Assembly: GCF_964213995.1 (NCBI RefSeq)
Contig: NW_027590160.1
Coordinates: forward strand, 806,001 to 870,000
Direction of reading: 5' to 3'
Source of the DNA: Mustelus asterias
Taxonomy: Eukaryota
DNA: 64,000 nt
Shown here: positions 1-12,071 of the stretch, piece by piece
Numbering within the stretch: position 1 is the stretch's first letter
How the letters are laid out: each line of letters begins with the position of its first letter
Program-made: the position numbers and the translations under genes
The notes under the pieces: generated by a model
Databases searched by the model: none
What the model saw: the letters and a program-made list of their open reading frames with translations, nothing else
What the model was told of the DNA's origin: nothing

Positions 1-1469
1 GGCAGCTATTTTAAATGATTTGTTTGTTTTCTCTCTCCACGGGCTTCAGACGGAAAATATACTGAGAAATATCAAGAGAAATATGTCTGGACGGTCCTCG
101 CCCAAATTCCTGCATTTTTAAACGCAGTGAGTTGGCTTCCACTCAAACTCCTTTTCAGCAGATTCTAACAGCGACTGCTCTAATTTGTACCAACACAAAT
201 CAAGTGGTCCGAATAGAGGTTTTACAGTAAGATGTCGTCCATGCGCAAGCGCGGCATTTCCATTCAATTTTGTATTTAAATCTCAGGTTGCCCTAAGTCC
301 CGGCCGAGAAATTAAAACATGCATTAATCAGATGTTCTATATTCTAAATATATTTGGAAGGAAATACGTTAAAAACAAACTGGGGATCTAAATTATTCAC
401 CAACTGAAAGTTCTGCAACTTAAATTTCCAATTTCAATGCGCACTTCATAACAACGAAGGACGAATTTGAATATATCAGAGCCGTCTTCCTAAGTAGAGC
501 GGGGAATTCAAAACACTGCTGGAAAAAATATATAATTTTCCAGATTTAGATTTGACAGTCCATTTTGCTTCTCAACTCCAATTAATTTAATCTGCTCACG
601 AATGTAAGGTAGACGGCGATTAAATACACTTTTCGTTGGACACTCGTGGACTCGGAGCAATACTCGGCAAAGGTGTTAGGCCCCTCGGTCCAAAGGGACT
701 GTGCCGGGTGGAATAAAATCAATTCAGTCTAACCCCACGAGCCTGTTCTTGGCTCCTTTGTGCGTTACAATACTTCAAACGCAGAAGCAAGCAGGTTTTC
801 AATGTGCTGAGCACTTCTTCATCCTCCAGCTTTTCAGACACTGAACTCGCCTCCTCTCATTGTTAAATTGATGTACATTAATATCCCATTACCTCCAGAT
901 GACAATTATTATTCAAATTATCAACTTTCCCTTACATAGGTCACCAACATTTTTATTACGAAAGCTCAATGTATCTATATATTTGTTAAAATGTTATGTT
1001 CGGGAATTCTCAATAGACATCGGGATACTTTCAATCAATAATAACTCACAGTTGAGAAGCTGCAATGTAATTAGAGTCAGGAAGGAGCGCAGCATCGTCC
1101 CGACTGTCGGTTACTGCGATCAGACTTGACTGTTCACCGAGTTTTGTCCATCGGTACCGGGCTGTCCTTCCAACACTTTCTGAAATACCAAACGCTCCAG
1201 GAATGAATTATTTGAGAAAGCTGTGTTCAGAAAATAATGTTTCCTCGCGTCTGACTAATTGATGCTCCGAATTGATGTGTGAAATGTCAATTGCCGTTTG
1301 ATAAAAGATACCAATGACAGTTATATCCACCTCCTTGTCCTGTGCAGCTAATGAGGCCTACATTTTTGAAAAGGAAACGAGTCACCAACCCAGCATCGGA
1401 TCATCGAATCATCATATCTTCCAGCACAGACACAGGCGAGTGAAGGAAATGCATGTGGAAAATGTTTGC

Positions 1470-1650
1470 AAATCATATTCGGCCTGCACTGGATTATGTA
1501 CATTGTTTTTGCACTGTTTAACCGCTTACTTCAACGAACCATTTCCGAGAAACAGTTGAAGGCCGTGGACAGGATAAGGGTTAAAATTTTCAGGTTAAAT
1601 CCAGGGGAAATGGATTGGTGCGATGTGGAGAAAATGCATAAATTGCATGT
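1470..1650 (+). mobile_element. Very old CR1-like LINE RT C-terminal fragment
   Basis: Frameshifted translation IRPALDY...KQLKAVDRIRVKIFRLNPG resembles VRPHLEY...KDVEALERVQRRFTRMLPG of the young CR1 copies in this window. Confidence 0.4.
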
Positions 1651-3756
1651 CAGATATATTCACGTTCCTCAAGAAATCTATCAGTGACAAGTCCAGTCTG
1701 ATCGGCAGTTCAAGAATCCAGTGGAGTCCGAATACAGCATGTATTCACAACCTGATTTTAACATCTTCACAAGGGAAAAGTGAATAGACTTCACTCCAGC
1801 AGCAACTCAAGCAAGAAGTTCAAATCTGTAACATCTGGAATAAAAAATAAATCTTTGTCCGAGTGAAAATCAGCCTTTTCCTATTTGTTCTAAGAACAAC
1901 TTCCGAAGTTTTTACTATTTGGAGAACAATATTCTCGAAGGACAGAGAGCCCAATTTATGCATGTCTACTTATCTGTAGCAGCTCAGTACGGAAATCTTG
2001 GATGAAATGCTTCTGTTAAAAGACTGTTATTCTCTATTTGAACATAATTAAGTTTTGAGCATACTGTCGAGGCCACCATTCCATCTATGAGCGATTTTGC
2101 TGCCTCCGCCCAGTTTAGAGTGACAGAGTTCGGCGGGACGATGCGGCTCAGAAATATTTCTTATCTGCTGGACAAATGTGACTTTATTTTCATGATCAAC
2201 TTGACAGTAATTTGAGTGAATGTCTTTACAGAGCCGCGTTGAGAGAAGGGAAGCCCACAAACATATTTGTGCCATACAGGAAGAAATGATTCCTGAGAAG
2301 CTGAACAATTGGTATTGAGTTATACTTTGTATCATCCCGAAGCAGCTCACTGTCTGCGCAGCCTCAGAACACTCGCTGCGCGTTTTCCTGTTTGCTGAAC
2401 AGACAGGAAGCACCTGGCCTTGTGGCCATGTCTCTGCTCGCATGTTAGTCACTGCTGCCCTTTAACATTGACGGATTGCAATAGGACTTTCGAACTTGTG
2501 TCGGGCAGTGCACTGGGACATGTAAAACTTCAAGTACCTTCATGAATTCACTAGCAGCATATGACAGATTGGCATCTACAAATATTCCTACAGGGTTATC
2601 GGGGACTCCAGGAATAGTGTGTCGCTAAACCTTATAAAATTTCACTTGTGTTCAACAAAATTGAAATCAATGGTGTGAGATTAAAACGATTGCCTGGGCT
2701 GCATAAATCAATAGATAACACATAGACCTTGCCACGCGTAGATGCTGTGGGTCCACCATTCAGCCCCATATCTATTATCCCTCAGTGCTTCCCCCGTTAA
2801 CACAGCAGACCGGGTGCACAAGTTCACTTATAGTGTTGAGATGAGAGCAGATAAGAGCTTTGGATAATGGGTACAGCTCCTCCTTTAGTTACAAAATATC
2901 TTTACAGTTTTTGGTCAATTTCAATGTGTTTCAGTTCTCAAAAATGTATCCAATCTATGAAATGATTAACTACAAACACAGGATGATTTCCATATGGGTC
3001 ATTTTGTGACGTTGGCATCCCTGACTTCCTTTATTACTGAGAGGGCGGCTTAAGCACTGCAGTCACTTTGTGAAGAGAGAATGTCTTAGGCAGGTCCTGG
3101 GTGCCATGGAAATTAGAGCTTCGGATATTGATATAGGGTGGAGACTCATTATTAGGGTGGAGACTCATTATTCACCCACGTACTGGTTATTTAGGAAATA
3201 CTGTGCGTATCGATTCAGTTTATGGAGGTTGAATTAGCAAGCATTGGTTGCTCTTTGATATCATTAGCATTCATCTTTCCATTTGGCAGCACCTGTCTGC
3301 CGAACATAATTTTCCAGCTAAAATTTCTCACGTCTCACATCTCCTCGCAAAAATATATTGGTTATTTGAGTGTTTGTTTAATCAGTGTCTAAATGTCTTG
3401 GGGAAGAATTTTATTTGCCTCAGCATCAACTAAGATCGCATCATATAAGCATTAACCCCAATACCGGAACTCACAGGTTAACACTCAGTGATTGAACCAT
3501 AGGATCCCTATTTTGCAGCAGGAGGTCATTCGACGTCTCGAGCCTGAACTGGCTCTCCAACAGAGCAACTTACTCATGCTTTATCCCTGTAACGCCACAT
3601 ATTTATCCCGCTAAACACCGAATTTATACATCTTGGGACACTAGGGGGCAATTAGTAATCGAACTCACTTGCCCACCTTTGCACTGTTTTGGAATGGTTC
3701 AATTCCTTTGTACAAAGGAACATTCAATGTCTCTCTCTGCTATCTACATCCTGACC

Positions 3757-3960
3757 ACGATGTGGAGATGTCGGCGTTGGACTGGGGTGGGCGCAGTAAG
3801 AAGTCTCACAACAACACGTTAAAGTCCAACAGGTTCATTTCGCATAACGAGCACGAGGAGCGCTGCTCTTTCATCACTCACCTGATGAAGGAGCAGTGCT
3901 CTGAAAGCTCGTGATACCAAATACACCTGTTGGACTTTAACCTGGTGTTGTGAGACTTCT
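3757..3960. mobile_element. Inverted (palindromic) pair of Penelope-like element termini with a minimal hammerhead ribozyme
   Basis: Left arm AGAAGTCTCACAAC...GTCCAACAGGT mirrors right arm ACCTGTTGGACTTTAACCTGGTGTTGTGAGACTTCT; the same terminus recurs at 26802-26954 and 32082-32202. Confidence 0.75.
3878..3914 (+). ncRNA. Minimal type I hammerhead ribozyme motif
   Basis: TCAC-CTGATGA-A-GGAGC(AGT)GCTCT-GAAA-GCTC-GTGA: both core boxes, stem II, 4-bp stem I TCAC/GTGA, and palindromic AGCT in place of stem III. Confidence 0.65.
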
Positions 3961-4310
3961 GACGATATCCTGCCCATTTGTTCGAAGTGGTGCAGGACAG
4001 AGGGAGAGATTCTCAGCAGGAGTACTGAGGGTGAGTAAAGTGCTGTGATTTATTTATTGATTTATTTAATCCGTTTTTTCGCGGGCTTTTTTCAAGGGTT
4101 TAAACTCTGAGGAAGTGGGAGTAGGCGGCAGGGGATTCTGGCAGATTGTGTTTTTTAGTATAAAAGTCACTCTATACAGCGGGCAACGTCGGGAGCGGGC
4201 AGGGGAGTGAGTGGGAAGCTGAGTGAAAGCTGTAAGGGCTTTGGCTCACAGGGTTTCGGGGGAAAGGGCGAGGCAGGGGTGAGTTTAACTCATTTTTGCT
4301 GTTTCGTGCG

Positions 4311-4456
4311 GGTTACAGATAGTGTGACATCAACCCACGACCCCGGTTGAGGCCGTCCTCATGTATGCGGAACTTTGCTATCTGTTTCTGCTCCGCGATT
4401 CTGCGTTGTCGTTGTGTCATGAAGGCCACCTTGGAGAACGCTTACTCGAAGATCAT
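4311..4456 (-). mobile_element. Penelope-like element GIY-YIG endonuclease C-terminal fragment
   Basis: Minus strand reads DLRVSVLQGGLHDT / RQRRIAEQKQIAKFRIHEDGLNRGRGLMSHYL* (one frameshift). Confidence 0.7.
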
Positions 4457-4599
4457 ACTCTCCACATCATACATTCAAGAATGTGGACCAAGTGCAGTTA
4501 AATGGGGTTACGTGGGAGGTCACGTATTTCTCGTGTGAAAAACTCGATGGGCCGAAGAACCTCTTCTGTACTGTATGATTCTTTGACTCCATGATTCTA

Positions 4600-4990
4600 T
4601 GAGATTCTTCAATTATGCTGAGCATTGGTAAAAACATATTTGGTGTATTCTGAACAGTATTTATTTCCTTTTCGAAGGATAGATGCAACTGCATTGGAAG
4701 CAGTTCAGAAAAGGTTCTCCCAACAATACCGGGAGGTTACCTGATGGGGAAAATTTGAAAACGCTGCCCTTGTATATACTGGAGATTTAAAGAGTATGAA
4801 GCGAATTGATTGAAGCATTCATAATGCTTAGGCGTCTCGGCATAACAGACGTGGAAAGAATGTTTCTTCTTGTGGGAGAATCAAGAATGAGCAGGGGGGT
4901 GGGGGGGGGGGGTGACGTGGGGGCAGGGGGATCACTGTTTTGAAATAATAGTTCGCAAATTTCAGACATAGATTAGGAAAATTTTGGCAA
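4600..4990 (+). mobile_element. Degraded CR1 LINE 3' fragment
   Basis: GCATTGGAAGCAGTTCAGAAAAGGTTC and GAATGTTTCTTCTTGTGGGAGAATCAAGAA match the CR1 RT C-terminus. Confidence 0.6.
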
Positions 4991-5709
4991 CGGATCTTGC
5001 CAAAAACTTGGTGGTCTGGTCCAGGATCGTAACAGAAGGTAATAAAGGAAAACTTGCTTTGGTATCAGGTAGCAGTGATAGACTGCTGAGGCAGATGGAC
5101 TCAAAAGTAGGGATAGTATGAAAGTTCACCTTTACAACAAAGTAATTACGTAAGGAAAATAAGAGAGGAAGGGAAACAACAGTAAGATTACAAACGGCTG
5201 AAATAATTTCTAGTCCACATTCCCGTAGATCTCGCAGACCAGTTGTGGATTGAAGACTCTAGAGATGATAATAGCAACATCTGGACAACCGCTTCCACAT
5301 TCACCACCCTGTTTATCTTCAGCATTTTCGACAGCACTGCAGTCATTCTGGTGAAGGTGAGACGATTCACTCCACTCATCTTCATTCTTCCATATCAATT
5401 TGACAAAACAAAATCCACAAGGTTCAGTTAAAAAAAAGTGAAATCATTGCGACAGATCAGAACATATCTGCTTCATTTTGTTTCTTACACGTACAGGTTG
5501 AGTGATCAGTTAAACATCAGACGCCCATGATCTTTTTCCATATTTATGGTACCATCTAGATTACATGTTATATGTATATACATATATATGTGTGTATATA
5601 TGCCTCTGAAAGTATATTGTTGTCAATAAATCTCTTGTTACTTTGAGTCACATCGAGTCCCCCGAGGTTTAATTCAGCCCCCTAGCCTGGAATGGCACTT
5701 TATCATTCT

Positions 5710-6276
5710 AATACTGTGTGCAGTATTGGTCCCCTTATTTGCGGAAGGATATATTGGCCTTGGAGGGAGTGCAGACAAAGTTCACCAGGTTGATACCAGA
5801 GATGAGGGGTGTTGATTATGAGGAGAGACTGAGCAGATTGGGTTTGTACGCGTTGGAATTTAGATGGCTGGGGGGGTGGGGATCTTATAGAGACCTATAA
5901 GATAATGAAGGGGCTGGATAGGGTAGAGGTGGAGAGATTCTTTCCACTTAGAAAGGAAGCTAGAACTAGAGGGCACAGCCTCAAAATAAAAGGGGGTCAG
6001 TTTAGGACAGAGTTGAGGAGGAACTTCTTCTCTCAGAGTGTGGTGGATCTCTGGAATTCTCTGCCCACTGACGCGGTGGAGGCTACCTCGTTGAATATGT
6101 TTAAATCACTGATAGATGGATTCCTGAACGGTAAGGGAATTAGGGATTATAGGGATCAGGCAGGTAAGTGGAACTGAACCACTTCAGATCAGCCATGATC
6201 TTATTGAATGGCGGGGCAGGCTCGAGGGGCTAGATGGCCTATTCCTGCTCCTATTTCTTGTGTTTTTATGTTCTTA
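5710..6276 (+). mobile_element. CR1/HER1 LINE 3' end
   Basis: ORFs QYWSPYLRKDILALEGVQ and TRGHSLKIKGGQFRTELRRNFFSQ, 3' UTR GATCAGCCATGATCTTATTGAATGGCGG, tail. Confidence 0.9.
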
Positions 6277-6699
6277 ATGATGGATCAATTTCTCTGCCAC
6301 ATGGCTCTGGTTTTCCACGGAATTGTGCTTCGACGAAGCAAATTATGAAGTGCAATGTAACTGCATGTTTTGACATTCTCTTTCCACTAAGTATTGTGCA
6401 ACGTAGCAGTTATCATCATTCCCTTATATACATCAAACCCCTGTTCAAGATTGTGGTCCTGGCAAGATTGGGTGGAGTATTTCTTGGGGTTTTAACGACC
6501 CCTCCAGAATCATTTGTCTCTGGGTGTCCTGGAATCAATGTGAAGGTTCATGTGAAAGATGAGTTTCAATGATCTATCCACAAATGCTTCCAAACTTGTT
6601 TTTTTTAGCATTCTGATCCACAGATGCAGAATTCTGATGAGTTTTCGATGACAAAGAAAAGAGAAATGTCCATTTTGAGAGATTGAAACATACTACGTA

Positions 6700-7435
6700 A
6701 ATGACGAGAGATTGCAGAGTTCTGAGGAGAGGAGGAATCTGAGTGTCCAAGCGAACGAATCACTATAGGCAATTGGGCAGGTACATCACATACTTAGGAA
6801 AACTAACAGATTGTTATCACTTGATGCGAGGGGAGTTGAGTACAAAATTACCACGATAATGTTTCAGCTATGCAATGCAATAATGAGACCATTTTGGTGT
6901 ACAGTGTATGGTATTAGCAAGCTTATTTTTTTTTAACATGTCAATGTATTCAGGGAACGTTTATGATTCTAATACCTGGAATGGGTGGGCTGCCTTATGA
7001 GGAAAGGTGAGGCAGGCTAAACGTGTATCTGCTGGAATTTAGCAGAGTGTAGGTTGACTTGATTGAAATATATAAGATCCCGAGGCGTCCTGGCAGAGTG
7101 GATGTAGAGAGTATGTTTCCACTTGTTGCACACATAGGAACTACGTTCCACTATTTAAAAGTAAGTGGTCACCCATTTAGGACGGAGATGAGGTGAAATC
7201 GTTTCACTGAGAAGTTCGTGAATCTTTGGAATTCTCTGCCTGAAAAGGCGGTAGAAACAGAGTCTTTGTCTATTTTTAAGGCACAGGTGGATAGCTTCTT
7301 GGTAAGCAAGGGGGTGTTAGGTTATCTTGAATATGAGGAGTGCAGGTTAATACCAGATCAGCCATGATCTTATTAAAATGGCTGAGAACATTCGAGGGTC
7401 TGTTCGGGCACTTCCTGTTCCTTGTCTGTATGTTC
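6700..7435 (+). mobile_element. Degraded CR1 LINE 3' part
   Basis: Colinear similarity to the CR1 RT C-terminus and 3' UTR AGATCAGCCATGATCTTATT. Confidence 0.7.
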
Positions 7436-7798
7436 AACTCTCAATCCACTCATTCAGAAGTGTTCCACATTTCCAATGAGTCATATTATTCTAATTGGTG
7501 TACAATGAATTGGTCCATCTTAACTGACCGTGAATCAAACCGGGGTCGTGGAGGTAAATTGGTCGAATTTTGATCACTGGACCACCACTGAATTTGGAGA
7601 CATGCAAAGCCCGTGGATTCTCGACATTGCAATACCGATTTTTTTTACGGTGATTCCGTTTTCCTTATAAATTTTTGTATTTGCGTATTATGTACGTGTC
7701 TATAAACAAAAACACATTTGAAGTGTAGCCTTGTGTGACACTGAGAAGCAGAGGAATTGTTCGAGTTTGATGAAATTTTCGTTTTCTATCTCATCTTT

Positions 7799-8703
7799 TT
7801 AAAACTTAAACAAATTAACAAATAATCTCAGTGGATAATTCACTCCATTCTTGAACTCGGATCTGAAATTCCTCTGGGTCCCAGCATAAATAAATGGGTT
7901 GATGCAGGAACTCAGAAACTGAAGCATATATCCGCTTTCCTCCAAGATAAATGACCATTCACTGATATCAGGAACAGAGAAATAAGGAACCTTTGCAATT
8001 CGGACATAGAGAATCGTCACAAAAAATAACGTATATAAGAGGATGAAACTGCCCGAGATGGCAAAGAGTAAAATAATGGACTTTCTCCGCTTCTCCATCT
8101 CTGGATCACTCTCTTTTTTTCCATTACTCTGTGCCCGGAGTCTCCTGCGGGCCCGATTAGCCACGAGAATGTGTCTCACGTTCAGAGCATTGAACAATAA
8201 AATCAGAATAAATGGGATACAGGGCATTGAAATTGTTCGAAACAAATCATAGGCGTCCCATGCGGGGGATGTATAAAATAATTGTTTTATAACACAGAAC
8301 CAAGGTATGTTGTTAATTATATGCAACGGTTCAAAGATAAAATACAGGAAGGATGTTTTTAGAGAGCTCAATGCGCAGACGGTCCCTATTACCCACGCCG
8401 CTGTCTTCTCCGTGCAGTATTTGATCTTCAACTTCTGGCAGCAAATGGCCACAAATCGATCAAAGGTGAAAGCAACGGTTAACCAGGCAGAACTGTCAAT
8501 GGTTGCGTAGATTATCACAACATGCAGACTGCATATTGGTGTGATTGACAGGAAACTGCCGGGGAAATAAATCCCAACAATCCGGCTTAATATCACACTG
8601 GTCACAATGAGATCCGTCACCGCCATGGACACCACATAGTAAATTATACATCTTGAGAGACCACAGCTTCTTCGGTATAGGATTAAAATGACTGCCAAGT
8701 TAG
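7799..8703 (-). CDS. Class A GPCR, GPR139/GPR142-like, exon 2 (324 aa with exon 1)
   Basis: Open frame with hydrophobic helices, AVTD (TM2), FTFDRFVAICC (DRY-like), CINPFIY (NPxxY); acceptor tctctttccttctctattttacAG ends at 8704. Confidence 0.9.
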
Positions 8704-10505
8704 CTGTAAAATAGAGAAGGAAAGAGAACATGTGGGTGACAGCACGAGATACAAGATGTTACTTTCTCAACTCCCATCGAAGTGACACTAGATTATGTAA
8801 GAAATTGAAACTTTGCCATTTAATTCTGCTTTGCAAACTGTCCCTTGTTCGGGTTTCCATGCACATACTCACAAGAATTATAAATAAGCTGGGTCAGTGA
8901 CATGGAATTGCATAATAATGAAAGATAAGAAAACATTGAAAAACCATAAATTCAACTTCAGGAACGGACAGCAACTTATTACAGGACACGTTGGATATGA
9001 AATTATAAAAAGTATGAATTGCCATATTCAACTGGAAAGTTTCCATCTCGCTCAATTTCAAAAGTTGGCCTATCTGGCGAATTATTCTTAAACAATTCAC
9101 TGTTGGAAATTCCTGCATTAAATCAAAAAATAAATCTTCAATCAAAAAAGCAGTAACCAATTGGCGTTTCTCGGAATTTAAAGAGGAAATATTGAAAGGA
9201 GCTCCTAACCTGAAAATTAGCTGTAATTGCTGCTGTATAATGAAACACGGGAACTAACAAATGTAAAGGACGCAATTGGAGAGAGTCTTACTCTCATTGC
9301 AGGTGTTAATGAACGAATCTGACCAGAAGTCGATATCTGAAGCTGTATATCAGATTTACAAGCAGTACTGAGTCCTTTCAATATGTCTTCTGAAATTTCA
9401 GAGAGAGGTGTACAAATAACCGCAGGCGTTTCTAAAATCACATATTCCATGCAAAATGTGCCGCCAGTTACCGTGCCTCGGTCGACGTCGTCAAAATAAT
9501 CAGAAAAGAATAGAGAGAAATGGTGACTTGTGTAATGAGTCGAGGGTCGAGACTGGAGACAAAAACAGTATGCTTTGTATTTTATGGGCGTGTACCAGTT
9601 ACTCACCAAAGAGCCGCTATTGCAATCCTCTTATACTGTCAAAAACCCGTTGACACCTAAGGTCTGTCAATAAAATCTTTCATTATATTCAGACAGCAAT
9701 TATTTGTACGACTCAATCCATTGCTCTCAATATCAACAACACGAAAAATATCGAGAATTATACCGTGATAACATTGTGGTAATTCGCTCACTGGAACAGG
9801 GAGAAGACGATAACATATTTACGTGTACAGAGAGGTGACAATGCGATAATTCAAGCACAGCAATGATACTGATAATACAAAAGTTACACGTTTGCACGGC
9901 AATAAATATAACTTCCAATAGCAGCAACAATAAAACTGCAGAAATTGATTTATGCTGCGGTATCCAAATGAAAATTCGTAATAGTTAGTGTGTCAATTTC
10001 GTAATCGCACTACATGTACAACAGAATACATTTTAAGTAATCCATCCACAATAGCATTGCTAAGAAAACTGTAACTACATTTCTAAATTGATATTGCAGT
10101 GGTAAATAGCAAGGTGAGACGGGGACAAAAGTGCGGCACAGGTCAGAGGCAGGCTAAACACAGTTGAACGGGAGGCATTATAACTTGAATACCTTTTTCT
10201 GTTATTTGAGTGAAATGACACTGCTTCAAACGGCAACATTCACCAGTCATTCAGATAAATTGTGGTAACAGATTCAGGATATTATATCATTAAAATGAAG
10301 AATAAAGCTGTTAAAATTAATAAAGTGATCCTGTAAAAGAAGACAAAATGTATCAGTTAACCGGGATCAGTTAACCGGGAGAAAATCCATCACTTTAAAT
10401 GATAGAAATGAATTCTGTGTCGTGGCGATGCGCTACTCATAAAATTGAAAAAGGTTGCAGCTGAACAAGGACGTTACATGTTCATAACTAACTGCCATAC
10501 TGTAC

Positions 10506-10575
10506 CTGGAACCCCGATAGTTGCAATGACTGAATAGTAAATGGCAAACACCAGCCCTTTTGGAGGTACATGCAT
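10506..10575 (-). CDS. Exon 1 of the GPR139-like GPCR (MHVPPKGLVFAIYYSVIATIGVP)
   Basis: 70-nt ATG-initiated exon with GTAC donor at 10505; phase-1 join gives GVP-A-NLAVILIL, completing TM1; total 975 nt in frame. Confidence 0.85.
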
Positions 10576-11574
10576 TTCTATCGGAGGGTCTGAGCATGTA
10601 CGGTATGACAGTAAATGTTGTAACATTTATACATAATGTGAGGCTCCAGGGAAATGATTAGATTTTTTTTCTTTTGCATTATTCACATTTATTGTGAGAA
10701 ACAAGTGAGTGCAGGTGCTACCCAGCTGCCTTTTATATTTTGATCGAGTACAATGAGTTTTTTTTTCAATGAATTCTCAAACCTCCTGGAGCGAAATACC
10801 CAGAGACTACAGCATAATCTGAGTCATCAACAATAATTTTCCTGGATATACGTGTCAGTACAAAACATAGCTTTTCACTTCTGACTGCATTCAGAAATGC
10901 AAATAGTCCGTGGAAAACACAGCAGAAATTTTCAAAATCCCGATCAAATGACAGGATGCAATTTGGCTCTAAAGATATCTCATTGAGTCAACCCACTTCC
11001 ACCCATCTATTAGTGACAAAGGGAAAGGCACTTAACTATGGTTACGTTCGGAGTGCACAGTCTCCCTTCTTCACGATTATGTTAATTATTGCCAGGCTAT
11101 TTCAATTATATCAATTCAGCCAGGTTTCAGTTTCAGTCCATCCTAGTTACTTTCAGGCAGAACCTCCCCGGCTTTCACTGGTACACTGGATGTTGGCATA
11201 CCCTGCTCAATACCTGTCATGTCGTCTAAACGGTTCCAGTTCAGCTTGGTTACTCTCGGCGTGTACATGCCCAAACTGGCTTGTGTATGTTCAATGTCGA
11301 CCAGATCCATCCCAGCAAACTCCCAGGTGCCCGAGAAATCTACTTCACAAGGCTCAACTGAGTGTTGCCAGGTCCAATTCAGTATGGTTATACTCACTCT
11401 TGACATCATAAATCACTTAATTCTGGCAAACACACCTATATTTTCAGTTGGCGACGTCTATTTGAAAGCTATTTTTATTTTCACTGGAGGAAAGTCCAGC
11501 TCAACACAATTACTGTCATAATGGACTGGGCAACTTCGTTGAATTAATCGAACCAACGTTTCAAGTCTGAGCTA

Positions 11575-11710
11575 AGCTCTGACGAAAGGTCTCCCAGACT
11601 CGAAACATTGGTTCTATTCTCTTTCCACAGATGCTGTCGGACCTGCCGAGATTTTCCAGCATTTTCTGTTTGTGTTTCACATTCCAGCATCCGCAGCATT
11701 TTGCGTTTAT
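11575..11710 (+). mobile_element. Penelope-derived terminal repeat with hammerhead-like core
   Basis: CTGACGAAAGGTCTCCCAGACTCGAAAC followed by GATTTTCCAGCATTTTCTG...TTCCAGCATCCGCAG; the same family occurs at 23945, 30945, 44470 and 45205. Confidence 0.65.
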
Positions 11711-12071
11711 CTTCGTTGAACTAATGGTTGGCCTGAAAAAAACCATAAAATAGTGCAAATTCACAGCGTGTCTTGTCAGTGTATTTTCCTCTGATGCTAC
11801 GGGACTGCTGGAGAACACCCATGATATTCTGCTCTGTCTGAAGTACAACCAAAAACCGTCGTATCTTTTTGTTTCCGAGAAAAAGAAATATGCAAACTGT
11901 ATAGTGGAGAAGCGAAATAAATTGAGAACGAAATGTTAATTTAGAGGAGACAAGAAGGAAAAGTAATCCAGGGCTTAGTTGCAGAAAATGAGGGTCTATT
12001 TATTGTTCTTGTAAAACAGTTTAAGAATCCAATGTTTATCATCAGTCACATGGGTTATAGAACATATAGTT

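Noticed and set aside
3133-3172. 20-bp tandem duplication (also 14-bp at 10354 and 10-bp at 20968)
   Set aside because: Ordinary slippage duplications with no further structure
8704-8731. ORF-track start MFSFLLYFT for the GPCR
   Set aside because: It is the polypyrimidine tract and acceptor; the real start is exon 1 at 10575
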